Source of the DNA: Longimicrobiales bacterium
GTDB lineage: Bacteria; Gemmatimonadota; Gemmatimonadetes; Longimicrobiales; Gaopeijiaceae
DNA: 64,000 nt
Direction of reading: 5' to 3'
Assembly: GCA_041690395.1 (NCBI GenBank)
Contig: JAWLHJ010000001.1
Span: 64,001-128,000 of the forward strand
In this document: one piece after another, positions 9,101 to 15,773 of the stretch
Layout: the number at the start of each line of letters is the position of its first letter
How positions within the stretch are numbered: the first letter of the stretch is position 1
Notes under the pieces: generated by a model
What the model was told of the DNA's origin: nothing
The model's database searches: none
Seen by the model: the letters and a program-made list of their open reading frames with translations, nothing else
Program-made: the position numbers and the translations under genes

Positions 9101-10239
9101 CCATGGGAGAGATCCGACGCGACGGCATGGCTCGATCCGGACAACCCTGCAAGGCTGAGCAGGGGAGCGCTCAAGTCACTGTTCAGGGAAAGCGCGAGCT
9201 CATAGCTCGCCGCCCCCGTGGCAGCTTCCCACTCCAGCGTCGGCCGAACCTCGGCACCCACCACATCGTCGATCGGTGCCGACAACGTGACCGGCCCGGG
9301 AGGCGTGGGTGCGAGGGTGGAGAAGCTGATCTCGCTCCCGTACGATGTCCCCGCCGCACTGGTGGCGTAGGCCCGCACGTAGATCTGGGTATCCTCGGGA
9401 AGCCCCGTCACTTCCGAGCTGAAAGCTCCGAGGCCCAAGCCCATCGCAACTGCCGAATCCGCCAGCGTAGGCCCAGTCGAGGCAGACCACACCACGCCGG
9501 CAGCGGTCACCGGGTCGTCTCCCTCGCTCGTTACCTCCCCACCCAGGGTCGCGGAGGTCCGTCCAACCCCACTCGCGCTCAGCGTCGTGACGGTCGGCCT
9601 GGTCCTGGGAACCTCGGCATCGGCAATGTCGAAGCTGGCCAGGTTGAAGTCATCCCGCCTGGTTCCGTCGACTACGGTGAACTCAATGCGGATCGCATCG
9701 ATCTGCTTGCCAACGAAACTCGAATAATCGAGCGGCCAGTTGTTCTCCGCCGTCGGACTTTGGTATACGGGCGTCTCGGCCACCAAGACCCCGTCACGAT
9801 ATCCAAGGACCCGAATGTCCCCGTGGTTGCTGCCACCTGCGAACCCGTCGCCGACCACCATGCTCTCGAGACGAAACGAGCCCAGACCTTGAGCAGGGTT
9901 GGCCTGAATCTCCATGTACTGCGCCAGGCCCTCCGCCCCGTGACTGGTCGCCGGGTGGTTGAAGTACGCCCCGAACCCGTCAGCGCCCAGTACGGCATTG
10001 TCCGCGGAGGTGAGGAGGAAGAAGCCGTCCGGGCTGATCATCCTGCCCGAACCTCCCGACTCATAGGAGTAGCCCGTGAAATCCTGTGTAGCGTCAGGCA
10101 GTTGACCGGTGGCGCCCTCGGCGAGTCCCGCCGTGAGGACGCCCGCGATCAGCAGAGCAACCGCGCGCGGCATCATACTCGCGAGCATCGCGCCTACGGC
10201 TCCAGCCCAGGGACGCGTGATTAGTCGGCACTGTTCCAT
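6112..10239 (-). CDS. Large secreted repetitive surface protein (FN3-like repeats, YDG-like domain, C-terminal DUF11-like domain)
   Basis: Signal-like segment AVALLIAGVLTAGLAEG; six YVRAYAT-type units; KAYDGET; VVVTNEG..WTIDTLASG end. Start placed at 10239 (or 10176), downstream of the sigma-54 promoter, not at 10560. Confidence 0.85.
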   Translation of the reverse strand: MEQCRLITRPWAGAVGAMLASMMPRAVALLIAGVLTAGLAEGATGQLPDATQDFTGYSYESGGSGRMISPDGFFLLTSADNAVLGADGFGAYFNHPATSHGAEGLAQYMEIQANPAQGLGSFRLESMVVGDGFAGGSNHGDIRVLGYRDGVLVAETPVYQSPTAENNWPLDYSSFVGKQIDAIRIEFTVVDGTRRDDFNLASFDIADAEVPRTRPTVTTLSASGVGRTSATLGGEVTSEGDDPVTAAGVVWSASTGPTLADSAVAMGLGLGAFSSEVTGLPEDTQIYVRAYATSAAGTSYGSEISFSTLAPTPPGPVTLSAPIDDVVGAEVRPTLEWEAATGAASYELALSLNSDLSAPLLSLAGLSGSSHAVASDLSHGTEYFWRVRAVNDDGNGPWSATASFVVETVAPIVTTGAVSDVTSSGASVAGEVTADGGATVTARGVVFATSASPTLADASVVIGSGTGAFNSTLSGLDPATTYYVRAYATNVEGTSYGAETTFTTGAVAPTVTTGAVSDVTASGAGVAGEVTADGGAAVSERGVAYATTSNPTIADASVVSGSGTGAFSADLGGLDPATTYYVRAYATNAEGTSYGAETAFTTGAVPPTVTTGAVSGVTASGASVAGEVTADGGAAVSARGVAYAKAANPSLADASVAGGSGTGAFDAELTGLDAGTTYYVRAYATNAEGTTYGAETTFTTDAVVPTVTTGTVSAVTSADASVAGEVTADGGAAVSARGVVYGTTSNPTVADASVVSGSGTGAFSAGLTDLAPATTYYVRAYATNAEGTSYGSEVSFTTAGVLPTVVTGAVSGVTTDGGTVGAEVTDDGGLTITDRGVVYAIDPSPTLADAVLQSGTGAGSFAADLDGLEPGQTYYARAYATNALGTSYGDEVTIAVDRLAQTIDFGPLEGRVYGDASVALQATASSGLAVTLASSAEDVATVDGGSLVLTGAGQVVITATQAGDGTYLAAPVVQRTLMVERRPVTGTFTIQDPKAYDGETDADVLTRALAGVLPADVGEVTLSGGTATFADADLGSAKTVTLTGASLSGTRAAHYELVAVESTTGSIVTGAPYTVRLEGPDALVAGMPGTYTLTLVDAYGHPTTTDAPLTFSLASSLEGAGSFEPATLSVGAGGSSATFTYTSTQAADAAETLSLEPTGGPALAGGPLPTVQATVAAAEVDHFTVVVDEAVVSEGATVGSEVLVRVTARDAFGNLVPSYNGTAAVTSDTELSSGGGTTPAFVDGVLEAHAVVFGSAGATELTVAATVGGQSVTGTSPSFQTRFAEAQLSIDLVTDEERPALGSEITLQVVVTNEGWTVAGSVVVDDPLAGQDRLEALEVQVDQGSVDETSGAWTIDTLASGATATMTIRARVVQP
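7550..9015 (-). repeat. Five tandem 294-bp (98-aa) intragenic repeats
   Basis: The anchor GCGTA encoding AYA recurs at 7601, 7895, 8189, 8483 and 8777 (period 294), with a diverged copy at 9365. Confidence 0.9.
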
Positions 10240-10295
10240 TCGGGGTCGGCTCCGCCTGACGAGGTATCTCGGGTGAACTGCTGGACCGGCCCAAT

Positions 10296-10311
10296 AGCAA
10301 CCGACGTGCCA
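10296..10311 (-). promoter_or_regulatory. Sigma-54 promoter (-24/-12) for the surface-protein operon
   Basis: Minus strand reads TGGCAC-GTCGG-TTGCT, a full consensus match. Confidence 0.8.
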
Positions 10312-10388
10312 ACGTCGAGTCATCGCACAAACCATTATCAAACAACGTGTTAGGGGATGTGTGAGATCCGCCCCCTCGTCCGTGCCGA

Positions 10389-10457
10389 CGTTCCGTTTCG
10401 TTCCGGCACACCGACGCGTTCCACAACGGAACACCGGCCCGTCTCGGTTCGGAACGG
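10389..10457. promoter_or_regulatory. Candidate enhancer (UAS) for the sigma-54 activator
   Basis: GTTCC-ACAAC-GGAAC palindrome at 10418-10432 plus further GTTCC/GGAAC half-sites, midway between the two sigma-54 promoters. Confidence 0.45.
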
Positions 10458-10542
10458 CCCCGGACCGGCACCGCACCCGCCGGACGCAGGAAAGCCCGAA
10501 CCCATCTCCACTTCCTGTCTCGCACGTCCATTCACCGTCGAA

Positions 10543-10557
10543 TGGCACCACCCTTGC
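10543..10557 (+). promoter_or_regulatory. Sigma-54 promoter (-24/-12) for the degenerate kinase gene
   Basis: TGGCAC-CACCC-TTGC on the plus strand. Confidence 0.7.
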
Positions 10558-10611
10558 CAATCAAGATCCTGAATGACCGCGAGCAGGCCCTCCTTACGAC
10601 GGATCACGGGA

Positions 10612-11697
10612 ATGACGCAGAGCTCGAAGCCAGAACATCTCCGTTGCGGTACCACGCGCCGAGGCACCCTCCATTGCTCACCGGACGGCAGTGTTCTGGC
10701 CGTGGACCAACGGATGGCGGATATGTTGGGGTACGGCACGTGGCAGGAGATGATGGAAGAGGTGCTGTCCATCGAGCAGCTCTTCGCCGACCCCTTCGAG
10801 AAGACACGTGTCCGAGGCCGCATTGAATACGCGCTTACCGAGAATGAAGCGCGATGGCTCAGCGCGGAGGGCACATCGGTGTTCGTGCGTACGCGCGGCC
10901 ATCGTCTGCCGGGCCTTCGGGGAGAAGGCGTCCTGCAGATCGACGTCGACGAGACCACCGCCAGGCGCCACCTGGAGGAGCGACTGCGTCAGATCCTGGA
11001 GGCGCACGTGCTCGAGCGAGCGGCCTCGGGGCTCTCGCATGAGATCAATCAGGTGCTGACCTACGCCATCGGCCACGCGGAACTGATCGCAGAGCGAATC
11101 CCGGACAAGCTCCGCGAAGAGACGCGGGAAGACCTGGATGCACTCCAAACAGCCCTTCTGGACGGCGCCCGCATCACATCACGGCTCAGAGAGATGACAC
11201 GGAGTCGGCTGCTACGACCCGCAGCCGTGGACCTGACCGCGTTCCTGTCTCAGGTGGAGCCCTTGGTCCGCCACCTCTTCGGCCCTGGCCCGGATCTGGA
11301 CCTGAGAACGGACGCCAAGGGTGCGGCTACGGTGTACGCGGATCGCCCGACGCTGGAGGAGGTGCTGGTTCTGCTGATGAGTGCCGTGAGGGATCGGCGT
11401 CGGCCCGGCACGGCCGCTCGTATGTGCGTCCACTCGCCCTCCGACCCGGACGCCACGACCTGGGCCGGAGGACCGCGCCTCGAGGTGCACTTCACCGACG
11501 AGGAAGGCGAGGAGGAGAAGCGCCACGACGACGTCGTCATCGACGCCGTGCGCGTCCGCCTCGACGAGATCGGAGCGACATTCCGGCGCTCCATGGGTCC
11601 CGGTGGTGCGACGACGTGGGCGGCCCGCTTCCTGGGCCCGGCACTGGAGGTCTCTGAAAGGCCCGACGCTCAGTCGTCGTCCGAAATGATCCTGTAG
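10612..11697 (+). CDS. PAS-like + HisKA protein with degenerate ATPase domain (pseudokinase-like)
   Basis: H-box LSHEINQVL intact; N-box reads EEVLVLLMSAVRD; no DxGxG or GxGLG. Start may be 10573. Confidence 0.65.
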   Translation: MTQSSKPEHLRCGTTRRGTLHCSPDGSVLAVDQRMADMLGYGTWQEMMEEVLSIEQLFADPFEKTRVRGRIEYALTENEARWLSAEGTSVFVRTRGHRLPGLRGEGVLQIDVDETTARRHLEERLRQILEAHVLERAASGLSHEINQVLTYAIGHAELIAERIPDKLREETREDLDALQTALLDGARITSRLREMTRSRLLRPAAVDLTAFLSQVEPLVRHLFGPGPDLDLRTDAKGAATVYADRPTLEEVLVLLMSAVRDRRRPGTAARMCVHSPSDPDATTWAGGPRLEVHFTDEEGEEEKRHDDVVIDAVRVRLDEIGATFRRSMGPGGATTWAARFLGPALEVSERPDAQSSSEMIL

Positions 11698-13046
11698 AGG
11701 CGCGCCGGCGAGATTCCAAGTCGTCGGGCAGCTTCGCGCTTGTTCCCCTCCACCCGCTCCAGCACCTCCAGGACGTGGGCCCGGACCACCACATCGAGCT
11801 CCTCGACAGGCTCCGGAGACGAGGTCGGCGCTCCGCCGTGATCGTGACGCGCGTCGTGCTCCCGCACGGCACGTTCCCGGCCCTGGGGCAGCCCCGTAAG
11901 CCCGAGAGCCTCCAACGTCACATTGGGTCCCCGAGACATGGCCACGGCTCGCATCAACGCATTCTCCAGCTCGCGCACGTTGCCGGGCCACGGGTGATTC
12001 ATCAGCGCGTCCATCACATCCGGCGGGATATGATGCACAGGCTTCTCCAGCCGCTCGGCAGCGACCCTCAACAGATGGAGCGCGATGCGGGGGATGTCCT
12101 GGCGGCGTTCGGCCAGGGCGGGAACCGTCACTTCCACCACCCGAAGCCGGAAGTACAGGTCGGACCGGAACTCGCCTGCTTCGATCATCGTCTCGAGTGG
12201 ACGGTGCGTGGCCGCCATCACGCGCGCCTTGAGGGGGCGAGCCCGCTCCGAGCCGAGAGGCGTGAACTCACGCTCCTGGATGACCCGGAGGAGCTTGGTC
12301 TGGAACGACGCGCTCGTGTCACCGATCTCGTCCAGGAGAAGGGTGCCGTCCCCCGCCAGCTCGAGGGCACCCCGGCGTGAGGTCTGCGCCCCCGTGAAGG
12401 CGCCCCGCTCGTGACCGAAGAGCTCGGACTCCAGCAGCCCGTCCGGCAGCGCCGCGCAGTTGACGGCCAGGAACGGGCGATCGTCCATCTGGTGGCTGTG
12501 GATGGTCCTGGCCACCAGCTCCTTGCCTGTGCCGCTGGGTCCGCGGATGAGCACAGGGCTTCGACTCGTGGCAGCCATCCCCATGAGCTTGAAGACCTCC
12601 AGCATCTTCGGGGCGGCGCCCACGAGCTTCCCCGCGCTCGCTTTTCCTCCACCGACCGCGGCGGCGCCCGCCGCTCGGCGCTCCTCCTGATCGCTCAGAC
12701 AGCGACCCACGAGCCCCAGGATCGTCTCCCGGTCGAAGGGCTTCGCAAGGAAGTCGTACGCCCCGCGCTGCATCGCCTCCACGGCGATGCTCAGGTCATC
12801 CATCCCCGTCATGACGATGACATCGCCGTCGGGATTCGCCTTCTTCAGGTCGCCGAGAATCTCGAGCCCACTTCCGTCGGGAAGCTGAAGATCGAGCAGC
12901 ACCAGATCGGGGGCTTCCGCGGCCTGAGAACGGGCCGTGGCGAGGTCCGGCGCCAACAGGACGTCCATGCCTTCACGCCGGAGGGCCCGTCGAAGGACGG
13001 AGCGCTGGGCGTCGTCGTCCTCGACGATGAGGATTCGCTTCGGCAT
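11670..13046 (-). CDS. Sigma-54-dependent response regulator (NtrC/AtoC family; REC-AAA+-Fis HTH)
   Basis: ILIVEDD, DLQLPD, GPSGTGKE, GHERGAFTGA, WPGNVRELEN, GNKREAARRLGIS. Confidence 0.95.
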   Translation of the reverse strand: MPKRILIVEDDDAQRSVLRRALRREGMDVLLAPDLATARSQAAEAPDLVLLDLQLPDGSGLEILGDLKKANPDGDVIVMTGMDDLSIAVEAMQRGAYDFLAKPFDRETILGLVGRCLSDQEERRAAGAAAVGGGKASAGKLVGAAPKMLEVFKLMGMAATSRSPVLIRGPSGTGKELVARTIHSHQMDDRPFLAVNCAALPDGLLESELFGHERGAFTGAQTSRRGALELAGDGTLLLDEIGDTSASFQTKLLRVIQEREFTPLGSERARPLKARVMAATHRPLETMIEAGEFRSDLYFRLRVVEVTVPALAERRQDIPRIALHLLRVAAERLEKPVHHIPPDVMDALMNHPWPGNVRELENALMRAVAMSRGPNVTLEALGLTGLPQGRERAVREHDARHDHGGAPTSSPEPVEELDVVVRAHVLEVLERVEGNKREAARRLGISPARLYRIISDDD

Positions 13047-13126
13047 CGGGGAGGGAGTAGAGAAGACGGGAGGATGACACAGGGATCGTAGTCGCGCATA
13101 ACGGCCGTGGAAAGCGTCACACGGAG

Positions 13127-13156
13127 TTCCACACCTTGCCGGCCGAAGGTGTGGAA
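13127..13156. repeat. 30-bp palindromic element, copy 1 (putative islet left arm)
   Basis: TTCCACACCTTGCCGGCCGAAGGTGTGGAA; near-identical to 15644 and 19271. Confidence 0.85.
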
Positions 13157-13431
13157 GGGCATCCAACAAACCATGCCTGTCGCACCACAGGTCAGGAACT
13201 CCACCGTAGGCAGGCACGCCGGGTTTTGCCGCCTGGGTGATCGACCGAGGTGGCCCTGAGTCCGCGTCTACCGATTCCGACACGTCTCGAAACGGGCGTG
13301 CGGTCGAATCGTTACTGAATCGTCGCCGGGCGGTAGCCGCCAGCCGGTCGATTGAGTGGTGGACGTGATTAGCGCAACGGACTCGCAGTCTGCATCTTGG
13401 AAAAAAATGGCCAAGGAGAAGCACACGGATC

Positions 13432-15522
13432 ATGAAAGGAAGGGGCACGATCAACCAGGCTCGGGAATCAGCGCCCGACTTCCGCGCGCTTTTCGAGTCT
13501 GCCCCTTGCTTCTACTTGGCCCTCGAGCCGGACTCACCTCGGTTCACCATCGCCGGCGTAAGCGACGGGTACGCACGGGCCACGATGACCAAGCGCGAGC
13601 AGATCGTCGGTCGTGGATTGTTCGAAGCCTTCCCGGACGACCCAGGCGCCACCGACGTCCGCAACCTCGGTGCTTCCCTCGAGCGCGTGCTCGAAAGTCG
13701 AGCCGCGGACACGATGGCGGTACAGAGGTACGACATTCGGCTATCCGAAGAGGAGGGAGGCGGCCTCGCGGAACGCTGGTGGCGCCCCGTCAACTCGCCG
13801 GTCTTCGGTCTGGATGGGGAGGTTGTCTACATCGTCCATCGCGTCGTGGACGTGACCGAGGTCGTCCGCCTCGAACAGGCCGACGAGGAGCGACAGAAGC
13901 TCCCCGCAGAGTTCGAGGATGCTCATCACCTCGCCGGGGGGAAAGTCACGGGCATCGTATCCACCTCAGCGGATGCGATCATCGTCATCGACAAAGACCA
14001 GCGCATCAGGATGTTCAACGACGGTGCCGAGAACATCTTCGGACACGCGAGAGCCGAAGTCGTTGGAGCCCCGCTGGAGATCCTCATCCCTGAACGGCTC
14101 CGTGCAATCCACCGGCAGCACGTGGAAAAGTTCGCCACGGACGAGAGCGTCTCACGGCGAATGGGAGGACGCGGTGCCGTGTCGATCTTGGGGCTGCGGA
14201 AGAACGGCGAGGAGTTCCCCGCTGACGTCACGATCTCGACGTTCGAGGCGGGTGGCGAGTCGATGTCCACGGCCGTTCTTCGCGACATGACCGAGCAGCG
14301 ACGAATCGCCCGTGAGCAGAGGTTCCTCGCCGAAGTAGGTCCGCTGCTGGCGGCTACCCTCGATTTCGAGGAGACACTGTCGGGAATCGCAGAAATCGTG
14401 GTGCGGGAACTCGCCGATCTCTGCATCGTCGACATCAAGGAGAGTGGAGAGGTTTGGCGGTTCAGGGTGCTCGCCCGAGAGCCATCCCAGGCGGCGACTG
14501 CTGAAACGCTCATGCGGATTCCGCTCGATGGAAAGCAGCAACGCATGGTCGAGACCGTTCTCGAAGCGAAGAGACCTGTCCTGGTCGAGCGTGTGACACC
14601 GAAGGACCTCGCTTCCTGGACCGAGAGCGAGGAGAGCCTGCGTGCCCTTCTCGACCTCAATGTGCAGTCGATCTTGGCGGTGCCGCTGGTTGCGCATCGC
14701 GACTGCCTGGGACTCCTCGTGCTCATCGCGTCGACCCGGTCGTATGGGCCAGCCGATCTCTTTCTGGTGGAAGAGCTCGCGCACCGCGCTGCGCTGTCGA
14801 TCGAGAATGCCCGGCTCTATCGCACAGCGAAGCAGGCAATTCAGCTTCGTGACGACCTCATGAGCTTCGTGGCTCACGACCTCCGCAACCCGCTACACAC
14901 AATCGTCTCGGCGGCCTCGCGGCTGCCCCCGCGCCAAGACGAGTCCGAGCGTCGCTCACGGAGCCCGGCTGAAATGATCGGGCGCGCGGCCAACCGAATG
15001 GACCGGCTCATCCAGGATCTGCTCGACGTCAACGACATGGAGGCAGGTCGTCTATCCATCCGACAGGACCGCGTGTGTATTGCGACGATTGTCTCCGATG
15101 CTCTCGATGCCCAGGAGTCTCTGGCCGCCTCGGCCTCCCTCGAGCTTCGGCCCGACATCGCCCCGGCCCTCCCTGACGTGTGGGGGGATCGCGACCGACT
15201 CCTCCAGGTCTTCGAGAACCTCATCGGCAACGCCCTCAAGTTCGTGGAGCCAGGGGGCCGCATCACGGTTGGAGCCGCGCCGCGAGACGGCGAGGTGCTG
15301 TTCTGGGTCGCGGACACGGGCCCGGGCGTTGCCGCCGAGGACATGCCGCATCTCTTCGAGCGATTCTGGCGTGGGGAGCGGAAGGGCAGCGGTGCTGGAC
15401 TGGGCCTGCCGATCGTCAAGGGCATCGTCGAGACCCATAGCGGGCGCGTCTCGGTCGAGAGCACGCCAGGGCAGGGCAGCACTTTCTACTTCACGATTCC
15501 GACTGCACCGCGCGTGGCTTGA
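13432..15522 (+). CDS. PAS-PAS-GAF sensor histidine kinase
   Basis: Two PAS domains (GLRKNGEEFP), GAF (SILAVPL), AHDLRNPL, NLIGNALKF, DTGPG, GAGLGL. Confidence 0.95.
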   Translation: MKGRGTINQARESAPDFRALFESAPCFYLALEPDSPRFTIAGVSDGYARATMTKREQIVGRGLFEAFPDDPGATDVRNLGASLERVLESRAADTMAVQRYDIRLSEEEGGGLAERWWRPVNSPVFGLDGEVVYIVHRVVDVTEVVRLEQADEERQKLPAEFEDAHHLAGGKVTGIVSTSADAIIVIDKDQRIRMFNDGAENIFGHARAEVVGAPLEILIPERLRAIHRQHVEKFATDESVSRRMGGRGAVSILGLRKNGEEFPADVTISTFEAGGESMSTAVLRDMTEQRRIAREQRFLAEVGPLLAATLDFEETLSGIAEIVVRELADLCIVDIKESGEVWRFRVLAREPSQAATAETLMRIPLDGKQQRMVETVLEAKRPVLVERVTPKDLASWTESEESLRALLDLNVQSILAVPLVAHRDCLGLLVLIASTRSYGPADLFLVEELAHRAALSIENARLYRTAKQAIQLRDDLMSFVAHDLRNPLHTIVSAASRLPPRQDESERRSRSPAEMIGRAANRMDRLIQDLLDVNDMEAGRLSIRQDRVCIATIVSDALDAQESLAASASLELRPDIAPALPDVWGDRDRLLQVFENLIGNALKFVEPGGRITVGAAPRDGEVLFWVADTGPGVAAEDMPHLFERFWRGERKGSGAGLGLPIVKGIVETHSGRVSVESTPGQGSTFYFTIPTAPRVA

Positions 15523-15643
15523 GCGGTCCTGGTAGGCTCTCGCGGCTGCAGGGCGACCCCGGTGCCGCGACCTCAGCCCGATCAGCCAACCTGTTGTCGC
15601 ACGACGATGACCGAGGGCGGATGCCGATCCGTGGGCACACGGG

Positions 15644-15673
15644 TTCCACACCTTGCCGGATACAGGTGTGGAA
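15644..15673. repeat. 30-bp palindromic element, copy 2 (putative islet left arm)
   Basis: TTCCACACCTTGCCGGATACAGGTGTGGAA. Confidence 0.85.
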
Positions 15674-15773
15674 GGCATGATCGCGGACGCGGAGCTCACT
15701 GCGGACATCCTGCTGCCGGATCCCGCGCCCGACGGCTCGATGGCCGATTTGTCATCGGACGTGGAATCCCCGA

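Noticed and set aside
6493..10224. 1243-aa plus-strand ORF
   Set aside because: Arg/Gly-rich antisense shadow of the repetitive surface protein, as expected at high GC.
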